From positions 12,772,001-12,836,000 of the forward strand of contig OZ176051.1 of assembly GCA_964247055.1 (NCBI GenBank): DNA of 64,000 nucleotides, read 5' to 3'. How positions within the stretch are numbered: position 1 is the stretch's first letter; every line of letters begins with the position of its first letter. Positions 11,801-24,261 of the stretch are shown piece by piece. A program made the position numbers and the translations under genes. The notes below the pieces were generated by a model, which worked only from the letters and a program-made list of their open reading frames with translations, did not search any database and was not told the origin of the DNA. Origin of the DNA: Paragordius varius. Taxonomy: Eukaryota; Animalia; Nematomorpha.

Positions 11801-14270
11801 TATTCAGCAGGCCCTATATATACGTTATTTTTGGATTTGTATTGCTTGACCAAATTAATTAAACCTGATCTATGATATCGTTATCTACTCGGTGGCATGG
11901 GTGGCTTCTATAAGTAATCTAGAGAGAGAGACAATCTGCTACGTTATCTTTTCCGGATCGATACGTTAGAACCAAACGTTATGTATAATTTATCCATTCT
12001 AATAGGGTACTATTATTAACCCTGCTTAATTATGATCTAAATAATTTATGACTGTGATAATTTCAAATTTTCGGTTGTATAAAAATGTTTTAAATTTTTT
12101 AATGATGCTGTTACAATAGCTTTTGCATCGCGCTGTTATATACGCAATAGTTTTGCCTTGCGAAGTTTTGATAAGATAGCCCCACCTATTATTGAGGCGT
12201 CTGTTTCCAAAATTTATGGTAGTTTTGGGTTAAATGAGTGTAACTGACTTTGCTCGTTGATAGGTGTTTTAGCTTTTTGAAATATATTTTCATGATATTG
12301 TCCCATTTTGTTTTACCCCTTGAAAATTTGTGTAACTCATCTTATTAGGAGACTTGATGGTATAAATTTTGCGTGAAAATTTAATAACCCTAAAAAGGAT
12401 CTCAGTGTCGTTTTGTTCGTCAGCGTTGAATAGTTTTTAATCGCTATTTACTTGGGGACGGTTTTATACTATTTTTCGAAATAACGTATTTAGTATTCTA
12501 CGTTTTCTTATAGTAGTTTTATATCTCTTCTATATTTAAATCCTAATTTCAATTTGTTTTAGTACTTGAAATACTTTTTTAAAATGTCTCTATCCGTTTC
12601 GCCGGTAACAATTACATCACCTAAATACCGGGCTACCCCCTTAAAGTCTCTTAAGATCTCGGATTTTTTGTTGAAAAAAGAGCTGGTGGAACAATAGACC
12701 AAATGGCTTGTTTTAAACCCTATATTAGTTGTTTTAGTTAACTTCCCTTATTTACGGGTATTTGTAAATAAGCCTTTTTGAACGAGTGTTGAGAATGTTT
12801 AACCGAACGAAATACGAGCAATCAGGTCAAACGTTGAAATTATGTACTGTGCTACCCTAATATGGCAATACTTACTCGGCACGTATTCTAACTTACACAT
12901 TAGGTTTTGGTACATTTACCGTTGGACTTGCCCAATGTATTCTGGTTTGTGTACCGACGACAATTATCTCAAGGTTTATAAGTTTTTTTTTATCTCCGTA
13001 TCAATGAGCGCCAACGGCACCCTTCTAGGAAAATTTTCCCCCTATTATTGCCTAGATATAATTTAAATGGGCTGCCGTTTCAACCCCCGAGCCCTTGTGT
13101 AAATAAAGGAAATTTGTCATAAATATTATTTTCACTAAATAATTTATTTTGACATAAAATGTAGTTTATAAATTTGTTAAACAGTCCATTCCAAAAATAA
13201 GAGGTAGGTTGTTTTGTACAATGTAACATTGTGTTTGAAGTATGATGTCGTTTATTTCACGGCATTTCCCTAATATATGTACTCTATTATAATTATATGT
13301 AAATAATAATATTATCATTGCCTATTGCTGTTATATTTTGATTTACCCACTTTAACCCAGACCTGGACATTTACGATTGAAATATCCGACCTGGTAAAAA
13401 TTATTTCAATTTCTAAACTATTTATTATTGGACAAATTTTGGGTTTATTATTATTATCACAAAGTGCGTAAATTTTTATTTACTGGCACACTTTCGCAAA
13501 ATGATTCTTTTGTTGACATTTATAACATACATTTCCCAGGCCGAACAAATCTATGATTTTTGCCACACATTCGACCTTTTCGGTAATTAGTATACTAGAT
13601 GGCGGTAAATTCGCGGCTGGTATTATGTTTCTTACTATTGACATTTGATTTGTTAATCGCAGCTATTTGGATCTCTTCCAAATCCCTATGGTATTAATAT
13701 TTTGGTATGGGTCATTATTACTCTTGTTATGAAGCGGCCACACCTCCAAGTTAGCGATACCTTTTCACGCTTATTTGGGAGCAACATGGCAATGTTAATG
13801 AGTGTATTTAGAGGATTCGTTTAAATCCAGATCAGCTTGTTGCTGAATCCTACGATGAACACATTGGGTATGCGTTCATCGATGTTAGTAGCAAATGGCA
13901 ATGCATTGCCATTCGTCCTCAGAGTAAAAATCAGTGAAACTTTAAGCGCCTTCCTTCCCCATTTTGATGATTATAAGCAAATATTATTTTTGAAGGAGCA
14001 GAATTTTTTAATTTGCATTCTCATCAGTTACTGGCACATTCTTTACCACGAGATTTCTTTTTATGAACGTATGTAGTCCGTAATGAAATTTGTATCGAAT
14101 ATAAGGTTCAACCGTTCCATGTCCATGCCATAAGCGAGCGTATTTAAGACATATGTGGAATTTATTTACACAGTAAATAAATATAATAATATGGTGTGTG
14201 CAAAATTATCCGTTTATGTATCTTTAATAAACATAAATTGTGTATGTGCTATGAACATTTTACGTATCCA
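8820..14270 (-). mobile_element. old full-structure Ty3/gypsy (Mag-like) element, heavily decayed and interrupted by a Harbinger insertion
   Basis: Diverged LTR-like repeats at ~8820-8960 and ~14145-14270 and a purine tract at ~8988-9006. Coding remnants: zinc knuckles (..YKCQQKNHFAKVC) ~13480-13570, protease-like ~13350-13430, RT (WASPTVNVPKPN; RYLGDVIVTG) 12600-13050, RNaseH (ETDAS; YRSGKDNVADCLS) 11900-12220 and integrase (KHVTSAPYHPQING) 9700-10290. Boundaries approximate. Confidence 0.8.
10339..11814 (-). mobile_element. PIF/Harbinger DNA transposon deletion derivative
   Basis: Perfect 17-bp TIR GGGCCTGCTGAATAAAA and TAT on both flanks. Retains the transposase C-terminus GYPLSPWLLTPF..RSIIERVFGQMKARF..CSILHN (10628-11015). 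Confidence 0.9.
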
Positions 14271-16090
14271 TAATTTCTTTTGGATCTCAAATTGTATACA
14301 ATAATTAGCCGAAAAAGCTTATATTTTTAAAAATTTTGTGACTTCTAGATTTCAAAATTGGGCTAGTTCCAAAACAAAACGAACAGCTGATATTGAGATA
14401 TATATCAAGTTTTCATTGGTAATATGTAACATGAAAGTTTTTTTAAGTTAATTAACATTACCTAACAATAATATACAACTATATGCCTGTTGCATTAATC
14501 CAAAAAATTAATGGAAAAAAATGGCGGGAAGAAAGATTGAAATGAGGTTTTTTTACGATTTTTAAAAATTTATTTGTATGATGTGTTAAAGTAAAGAAAA
14601 CATATTTATAAATTCGGCTCCTTTTTCACTAAGATATTGAAATTTCAAATAGTGGGATAAATAATTACCCAAAAAGGTAATGGTTGGAGAACGTGTAGGC
14701 CTGTTTCAATAATGTAGGTTAATAAAGGATGCGAAGGTTACAAAATTATGTTTTATTAGAATGAGTAATCAGCTTTCGTAAAACATGTTACAAAAAAATA
14801 TATACCCAAAAAAATATTTGAAACAACTTTAATAATTGTATACGGACGTATGAATTAGTTAAAGGGTCCTTATAGTATCTCATCATGTAAACCTTCTAGA
14901 TTTTTAAAAATCTGATTACTTTAAGATCCCTAATCTCTAAAGCTTATTGAAACACATACCTATGAATTATGTGTGTTTTCTGTACAATGTTTTAACTTAT
15001 ATAATAAAAAATTGAATAAAAAAACTAAAAAATTGACTGCTTTAATCAGTTGTAAAATGTTTTCTTTATTCGCAGCGACCACCAATTTTAAGCTATTAAT
15101 GCAAATTTCATTTAAAAAATGATTGGGAAAATTATATTTTACCCTAAATTTGGCACACGGTAATTAAACAGTAAAAATTTGAAATTTCTATTTGATAAAG
15201 AAAAGCACCAGGATTCTGCTGGTTAATTTAGGGCCTCATAAAAGTTTTTATTACTTTTGGAGGCCTCAATGACGATGATCACGCTAAATATTTTTTTGGC
15301 AAGGTACCCTTATATATTTGAAAAGCAATAAAATTTTAATTTTAGATGTGTGCTCCGAAAACTATTATATTTTTTTAGGGCAGGTTAACGCGATAATACT
15401 GAGATTGCCTGATAAAAATATTAATATATGGTAGATTTTATCATCAAAAAAATTATATTTTATGGTTTTGGAGTATAAATTGTAGAGATACCTTAACAGA
15501 TATTATAAAAACACTTTCACTCTGTAAATTGATGATGCCGAAAATTTATATGACTTCAGAATTTCGATAAAAATATGTATTTATTGTCAAATATAGGTTT
15601 ATATATTGTGAGGGCGCATTTAACTGAAATATGAAGACATACTAATTTTTCTTTAAAAATCTAAGATGATATAAATTTCATCATTGAATTATATGGAAAG
15701 TGTGATTTTATGATATCTTAATTATACCGTTATCCATATGCCCCGAACCATAAAATACGCTTTTGCTATTAAAAATTTTTAAACAAGGTGTGCATTTTAT
15801 CTAAAATAATATTGATGTCATAATATAGCATGTACTTTAATATCGCACAATGCATTTTTGTATTTGGAGAACAAGCGAGGCAATTTCAAAATTTTACGTA
15901 CACATTCTATACTTGACAATAAAATAAATTTTGGAATAAAGAATTTAGCCTTTACCAAAAATATTAATTTAGCAAAATGTTATGCAATTATTATAAAATT
16001 GGCAAATTTTTAAAACTTCACTCGTAACCAAAACCATAATATCCTGATGCATCGCATGTAAAAAAAATTTATACACCCCAATTTATATTA

Positions 16091-17034
16091 CACTGTGTGC
16101 AAAAAATTTTTAGAAAAATATTCAAGAGATATATATAACCGTGGAATCATATGCCGCAAATATTTTTATTTGACGACCTAGTTTTAGAAATTATGAGAGA
16201 AGATTAAAATTGGGCAAAAATTAAGGATAATTGGATCAAAAAATAATGATAAAACTTGAGTATCCAAGATTTATTTAGATTATATGAGATATAAATAGCC
16301 TAAAATCATATAGTTTGGATATTTATTAAAATTCGACCAAATAATCGTGTTACTTTAACATGATTAATAGATAATTTTTTTTTAAACCATATTAAAATAA
16401 TTTTTATAAATTATTTTTATTTTTTTAATTATCTGAATTATAAATATATAATAAATATGCTGTCTTATATTGTAATCTTACATGAGTGGGAATTACAAAT
16501 CAAATAAATAAAAAATAGGATTTACAAGTAGTAGAATATAAGCTAACAATCCATACAATTGCCAGTAAAAAACTAATTTGCTTTAAAACTCTTAATGAGA
16601 TTTGTACGGGATTGCTTATGTTCCATTACTTGTATATCCTATTTTGTATCTAACTTGTAAAAAACCAAAAATTAAACAAAAAATTTATTTTTACATTCAT
16701 TCAGACAAACTGAAAAAAAACAATATTTTTAGTTTTATTTTGATATATACAAGTTTTTTAATATATAAAATATGAATGTTAAAATTTTAAATTGAGTTTC
16801 GCTTATTAAAAATTTAAATTATTTTAATATAGTGTCAATTTGTATAAAACGCAATTAGGTCTTAGTTTTACGATTATCCTTAGTTTTCATTTTTTCCCAA
16901 TTTTTATTTCCTCTAAATATTTCAAAAACTAGGTCATCAACAAATTAAAATTTTTGCGGCAAATGAATTCGCTGGTCATATGCTGTCTCATGAAAATTAT
17001 TGTTAAAAAAATAAACTCTTTTTAGCACACAATG
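16091..17034. mobile_element. long-TIR palindromic MITE (TA-flanked, Tc1/mariner-like ends), older copy
   Basis: TA|CACTGTGTGCAAAAA ... TTTAGCACACAATG ends with long imperfect inverted arms; homologous to 57846-59078. Confidence 0.7.
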
Positions 17035-18612
17035 TTACTGACTAAATTAACTATAAATATATGTATTAAAGGGAAGCAAAATTGGTTGGTTTTTTAAGTT
17101 AATTTGGGGGAGTTAATTAAAAATGGGCTGGTTCCATACATCTTATGTCTATGAAACCGGCTCTTTTTTCACATTCGTTATCAGTACTTAATACATCTGT
17201 CTAAAGGACAATCAAGGTCCAAAATATCCGAAAAGAAGAATTTTTAATTTTATAATGACTTTTAAAGTGTATATAAATAACACCCACTAGCCTTTAAAAG
17301 TATGTCCGACGACCGCGATTCAAAACGTCAACTATTCCTTTTTAAACCTTAGACACACATTTTATAAAAAATCTTTTTTGCACAATACTCAATAATTATT
17401 ATAGAAAAATATAATTTGGCTAATACATATTTTTTTAAAAAAGGCCCCAAGATAGTGTATGCATAAAATATTAATTTTAATAAAAAAACCATTCTGATAA
17501 TATATTTTCTGATAGGAATACATATCAGAATTTTTTACCTTGGTACTTTTAATTTTGTGACATGGTTTAAAGTTTATACATTAATGAAAAGCCTCATCAG
17601 AGTATATAAATTTTTTGGTAGAAACTAAAGGCTTGTATGATAAATAAATTTTTTAATATGTATCTTTACTTCTTAATTCCACACTATATAATTGGATATC
17701 GCTAAAATAGACTAAAACATTCACAAAAATTTTTAGATACGCTAAAATAAAATTTTTATTTAAAACTCACATTTAAAAATTTCTTAAAGCGTTTTAGAGA
17801 AAAAAATGAAATTATGTAGAAAACGTAAAAATATATGACAAATATTTTTATCTGAAAGACCACCAAACCTTAATTTTTCTTATATAAACTATTTCGTCAC
17901 TAAGAATTATAAAAGTGATTGTTTTAGTAAATATCATTTCACACTTTGTCATTTGCAACAATGAAAATTGAAATAAATCAAGATTTCAAAAGTATGGTTG
18001 CCTTTTAGATAAAAAATATTTGTCTTATTTTTTCGTTTTGTCCGTATATATTCGGTTTGTACTGTACTAGGTGTTTGGATGCATGATTTAAACGTAAAAA
18101 ATATTTTAAATATTTTTTTTCATACGCTGAATATATACCATTAACAATTTAATAACACACTTAATCAAAATTCAAATTTACCCTTAAATATTTCAATGGT
18201 TAGTCAAAGTTGACCATTAAATCAGATAAGAAGATTAGATAAATTTAAGTAGTATCATTGTAGTTCATTATGGTAGGATATCCATGATCCAGGTAATAAA
18301 ATGGCGCTCAACATTATCTAAAATTTAATTATTCCCCATCCAATCATTTTTAAAATAAATTATTCCACTAGTATAAATAACAAGATTTCCTGTAAGAATC
18401 AACCGAAAAGCTAATAAGTATTAAAAATACTAAGCAAAATAAATATATATTAAAGCCGAAGGTTTAAACCATAAAATGCCTCTTATAGTGTTAATAAGTT
18501 ATAAAGTTTATACCGGTACTATTTTTCTCTTTTTGATATTTAAATGACATATTTATATTCAAAAGACAGAGTTTAAGACGCTTTATTAAAAGATATCAAT
18601 TTTATAATATAA

Positions 18613-21300
18613 CTAGCGTAAATCTCGTGCTGCTACGCAGCCCGAGGAAGTCCTTCGGACTTCTGGGGGGGGGGGGGGGGGGGGGGGGGTTTAATTGAAA
18701 GAGACAATAAATTGATCTACATATGTGGATTATTTCGAAACATTATTTAATAGCGATGATCTTATAGGAATCTTAAAACGGTGGATTCATACTAATTTAT
18801 TGTTTACTTGGGGGAAAAATAGATTTAAAAAATTATTTTTGTGGACTTTGTTTTTTGAAAAAATGGCATTTTACGGGGGTAGCGGGTAAAAAGAGGGTCT
18901 AAATCAAAAAAGTGACTCGACTATGTTTGGCGCAATCGAAAATAACTAAATAAAAATCATATTTGAAATTGAATGGTCCAACACGTTCTCCGGAAAATTG
19001 TCTCAAAGACACGATTTTTGTGGACTTCTGTTTTCAAAAAAAACCCGTGTTTCACACGGGGTGGGCCCGAACTGGGGACCTAATTCCAAAAAAGGGCGAA
19101 GCTATTGTCGGGGCATTCATTAATGATTATATTTTTTCAATGTTTGGATTTGAATGGGTCTACCGGTTTTCCTGTACCAGATCACAAAGCCAGCATTTTC
19201 CATTTTTATAAATATATAGATTACCATAAATAATGTATTAATATCCATATATCTTTTAACATCCTATACATATGATAGATACTCCTTACTCAGCAGCTAT
19301 CATCAAAGAAACGCTTGACTAAAATTTTTGCCTTTTCACAGGGAATACGAAAAATCTTTCTCGAATTTTTACAGTCTCATACCGTGGGCAAAAAAATACA
19401 ATCAAAAAATTATTTTTGTGGACTTTGTTTTTTTTGAAAAAAATGGCATTTTACGGGGGTAGCGGGTAAAAAGAGGGCCTAAATCAAAAAAGTGAGTCGA
19501 CTATGTTCAGCGCGATCAAAAATAAGTAAACAAAAATTATATTTGAAATTGAATGGTCCAACACGTTCTCCAAAAAATTGACTTAACCCATTTTCACACG
19601 GGGTGGGCCCGAACTGGGGACCTAATTCCGAAAAGGGCGAAGCTATTGTCGGGGCATTCATTAATGATTATATTTTTTCGATGTTTGGATTTGAATGGGT
19701 CTACCGGTTTTCCGGAAACAGATCACAAAGTTACATGAGAAATCAGTTTTTAGCGGGTAGCTCCTTACCCAGCAGCTATCATCAAAGAAACGCCTGACTA
19801 AAGTTTTTGCCTTTTAACAGGGAATACGTGGAACCCATATTGAATGTTTACGGTCTCATACCTTGGTCGAAAAATAGATTTAAAAAAATATTTTTGTGGA
19901 CTTTGTTTTTTGAAATAGGTGGCATTTTACGGGGGGAGCGGGTAAAAAGAGGGCCTAAATCAAAAAAGTGGCTCGACTATGTTTGGCGCAATCGAAAATA
20001 ACTAAATAAAAATCATATTTGAAATTGAATGGTCCAACACGTTCTCCGGAAAATTGTCTCAAAGACACGATTTTTGTGGACTTCTGTTTTCAAAAAAAAC
20101 CGTTTTTCACACGGGGTGGGCCCGAACTGGGGGCCTATTTCAAAAAAGGGCGAAGCTATTGTCGGGGCATTCATTAATGATTATATTTTTTCGATGTTTG
20201 GATTTGAATGGGTCTACCGGTTTTCCGGAAACAGATCACAAAGTTACATGAGAAATCAGTTTTTAGCGGGTAGCTCCTTACCCAGCAGCTATCATCAAAG
20301 AAACGCCTGACTAAAGTTTTTGCCTTTTAACAGGGAATACGTGGATCCATATTGAATGTTTACGGTCTCATACCTTGGTCGAAAAATAGATTTAAAAAAA
20401 TATTTTTGTGGACTTTGTTTTTTGAAAAAGGTGGCATTTTACGGGGGGAGCGGGTAAAAAGAGGGCCTAAATCAAAAATGTCACTCGACTATGTTCGGCG
20501 CAATCGAAAATAAGTAAACAAAAATCATATTTGAAATAGAATGGACCAACACGTTCTCCGGAAAAATGTCTCAAAGACACGATTTTTGTGGACTTCTGTT
20601 TTCAAAAAAAAACCGTTTTTCACACGGGGTGGGCCCGAACTGGGGGCCTATTTCAAAAAAGGGCGAAGCTATTGTCGGGGCATTCATTAATGATTATATT
20701 TTTTCGATGTTTGGATTTGAATGGGTCTACCGGTTTTCCGGAAACAGATCACAAAGTTACATGAGAAATCAGTTTTTAGCGGGTACCTCCTTACCCAGCA
20801 GCTATCATCAAAGAAACGCCTGACTAAAGTTTTTGCCTTTTAACAGGGAATACGTGGATCCATATTGAATGTTTACGGTCTCATACCTTGGTCGAAAAAT
20901 AGATTTAAAAAAATATTTTTGTGGACTTTGTTTTTTGAAAAAGGTGGCATTTTACGGGGGGAGCGGGTAAAAAGAGGGCCTAAATCAAAAATGTCACTCG
21001 ACTATGTTCGGCGCAATCGAAAATAAGTAAACAAAAATCATATTTGAAATAGAATGGACCAACACGTTCTCCGGAAAAATGTCTCAAAGACACGATTTTT
21101 GTGGACTTCTGTTTTCAAAAAAACCCGTTTTTTACACGGGGTGGGCCCGAACTGGGGGCCTATTTTAAAAAAAGGGCGAAGCTATTGTCGGGGCATTCAT
21201 TAATGATTATATTTTTTCAATGTTTGGATTTGAATGGGTCTACCGGTTTTCCTGTACCAGATCACAAAGCCAGCATTTTCCATTTTTATAAATATATAGA
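18613..21300 (-). mobile_element. non-autonomous Helitron with internal tandem array (2688 bp)
   Basis: Minus-strand 5' A|TCTATATATTTATAAAAATGG at 21300, a second internal TC end at 19220, and 3' hairpins plus CTAG|T at 18613; G25 run at 18665-18689. Confidence 0.9.
19590..21300. repeat. 513-bp tandem repeat (about 3.3 near-identical units) inside the Helitron
   Basis: Marker gatcacaaag recurs at 19721, 20234, 20747 and 21260, a period of exactly 513. Confidence 0.95.
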
Positions 21301-22250
21301 TAACTTTTTATATAAAGTGATATTTGATTTTCTGTCGATTTTCTTTAATTTTTAAAAAAATTGCAAACCTGTAATTTCAGAATTTTGATTAGGGGGATTA
21401 TAAAAAAATTAAATTCGGTTAGAACACTGCAATTATTCAAAATTCAAAATCTTCAGTGGTGGCAAATTTGTCGACTAGTGTTATTTACTAATAATTTTAA
21501 ATTAATTTTAGAAGCTCATTAATCAAATAATTGGTTATATTTATCAAAGCGCCATCCATTTTCGCTTTAAAACCTAAATTTTTTTAATTTAATTTTTGAT
21601 GACGTTATCGATTACAGATTCCTTTTTAAATTGATTTCGTTGATAAAGTGCTAAAATTTGGAAATATTTTTGTCTAAAGGCATTTTAACGCGTAAGCACC
21701 ACAACTGGATTAATAATAATTTAAAAAAGTTAACAAAAAATTGTAAATTAAATGAAATCTTACACCGATAACAAATACAAGCCATATTATTACGTCCAAA
21801 AAAAACTTACATTGAAATGATTGATTAAAATTGACTTTTTGTACCACAGCTCATATCCAAATTTAACCACAACTATCCAATTAAAAATGGCGTACCGAAT
21901 AAATTTTAATTAAAATTTTCTAAAATTCCACTAATATTGTATAAACCATACAAAATGATAATTGGAAAACATTAGAGTATAGTAGATGTTGATCTTATAT
22001 AATATTTAAAAAAGCTTTTGTTACTTTTTAGGAAAAAAACTTGGTAATTTTCTAAATTTATTTATACATTAATTCTGTTTTTTCAATGTTTAAATTTAAA
22101 TCTTGAATTATTTTATCATTGACATAATTCCATTAATAATTCTGTTCAAAAAAGCGTTGACTGATTTAAAATTGCGGAAAGTATGATAATAATAACAAAT
22201 TAATCATTGAACATTAAGAAACTACACATATATGAAATGAAACACTATAT

Positions 22251-22501
22251 CAGGGGTGTTAGCACAAATGGTTTCTCGGGCCGCATTCTAAATATATCTG
22301 GACAATAAGGAATTCATAAGATTTTAACCATAAAACTGGAAAATGTAAACGCAATATAGCAATTTTTTCCAGTTCTTGCCAATTAGATAATTTAAAATAA
22401 CTGTTTGGGACATCTGAATTTTATTTGGATTTTGTATTATTATTGTGTACTATAAAATTATGGATTTTTTCGGGCTGACAAGTATCGATTGGCCACCCCT
22501 C
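22251..22501. mobile_element. possible hAT-like MITE
   Basis: CAGGGGTGTT..GGGCCGC left end and GGCCACCCCTC right end. No clean 8-bp TSD; a similar right end (TTGGATACCCATG) lies near 52950. Confidence 0.35.
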
Positions 22502-22982
22502 CTATATATATTATATATATATATAGTAAACAATATTTTAACTTAATCAGAAATGAATGTTCTGTGTAAATAAAAAAAGGTTAATTGTGAATAGTTATTG
22601 ATTTGTGATTAAACTGTTAGGCTTGATTGGAGAAGTGTTGACTTTGATTAATAAAAGTTGTGTTCTTGCAATTTTTTTACAAACTAGAGATTTGTTTTTT
22701 ATATTTAAATCTACTTAAATTATTAAAATTTTAAAAATTTTACCAGTAGTAAAGTTTTATATTTTTATTAAATTATTCCTATGGTTTAATTTTATGAATC
22801 GTTAACAATATAAACCTAAAATAGGAAAATTTGTGGTTTTATTTAACCTACTTATGTTAACCAAAACAATAAAATGAAAAAACTATTTAGTTATTTATTT
22901 ATAATAAGGAAATCAACATATAATATAAATTGATAAAGGATGCGGGAGGATTAATACGATAATCCCTGATAATAACACCGCA

Positions 22983-24261
22983 TCTATATATTTATAAAAA
23001 TGGAAAATGCTGGCTTTGTGATCTGGTACAGGGAAACCGGTAGACCCAATTCAAATCCAAACTTCGAAAAAATATAATCATTAATGAATGCCCCGACAAT
23101 AGCTTCGCCCTTTTTTTAAAATAGGCCCCCAGTTCGGGCCCACCCCGTGTGAAAAACGGGTTTTTTTGAAAACAGAAGTCCACAAAAATCGTGTCTTTGA
23201 GACATTTTTCCGGAGAACGTGTTGGTCCATTCTATTTCAAATATGATTTTTGTTTACTTATTTTCGATTGCGCCGAACATAGTCGAGTGACATTTTTGAT
23301 TTAGGCCCTCTTTTTACCCGCTACCCCCGTAAAATTCCATTTTTTTCAAAAAAAAAACAAAGTCCACAAAAATAATTTTTTGATTGTATTTTTTTGCCCA
23401 AGGTATGAAACTGTAAAAATTCGAGAAGGTTTTTTTTGTATTACCTGTTAAAGGCAAAATTTTGGTCAAGCGTTTCTTTGATGATAGATGCTGAGTAAGG
23501 AGTATCTATCATATGTATAGCATGTTAAAAGATATATGGATATTATACATTATTTATGGTAATCTATATATTTATAAAAATGGAAAATGCTGGCTTTGTG
23601 ATCTGGTACAGGAAAAACGGTAGACCCATTAAAATCCAAACTTCGAAAAAATATAATCATTAATGAATGCTTCGACAATAGCTTCGCCCTTTTTTTAAAA
23701 TAGGCCCCCAGTTCGGGCCCACCTCGTGTGAAAAACGGGTTTTTTTGAAAACAGAAGTCCACAAAAATTGTGTCTTTGAGACATTTTTCCGGAGAACGTG
23801 TTGGTCCATTCTATTTCAAATATGATTATTGTTTACTTATTTTCGATTGCGCCGAACATAGTCGAGTGACATTTTTGATTTAGGCTCTCTTTTTACCCGC
23901 TCCCCCCGTAAAATGCCATTTTTTTCAAAAAACAAAGTCCACAAAAAATAATTTTTCAAATCGATTTTTCGCCTTAGGTATAAGACCGTAAAAATCTATA
24001 TGGATTCCACGTATTCCCTGTTGAAAGGCAAAAATTTTAGTCAGGCGTTTCTTTGATGATAGCTGCTGGGTAAGGAGCTACCCGCTAAAAACTGATTCCT
24101 CATAACTTTGTGATCTGTTTCCGGAAAACCGGTGAACCCAATCAAATTCAAATATCGAAAACATATGTGGATCATTTTATTGTCCCTTTTTTCAAATAAC
24201 CCCCCCTCCAGAAGTCCGAAGGACTTCCTCGTGCTGCGTAGCAGCACGAGATTTACGCTAG
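22983..24261 (+). mobile_element. non-autonomous Helitron, multimer (1279 bp)
   Basis: A|TCTATATATTTATAAAAATGG at 22983, internal TC end at 23563, hairpins at 24211-24227 and 24228-24250, and CTAG|T at 24258-24261. Confidence 0.9.

Noticed and set aside
19590-21300. Tandem array as a CRISPR-like or repeat-spacer system
   Set aside because: Units are wholly repeated with no unique spacers, there are no cas genes, and the context is eukaryotic.
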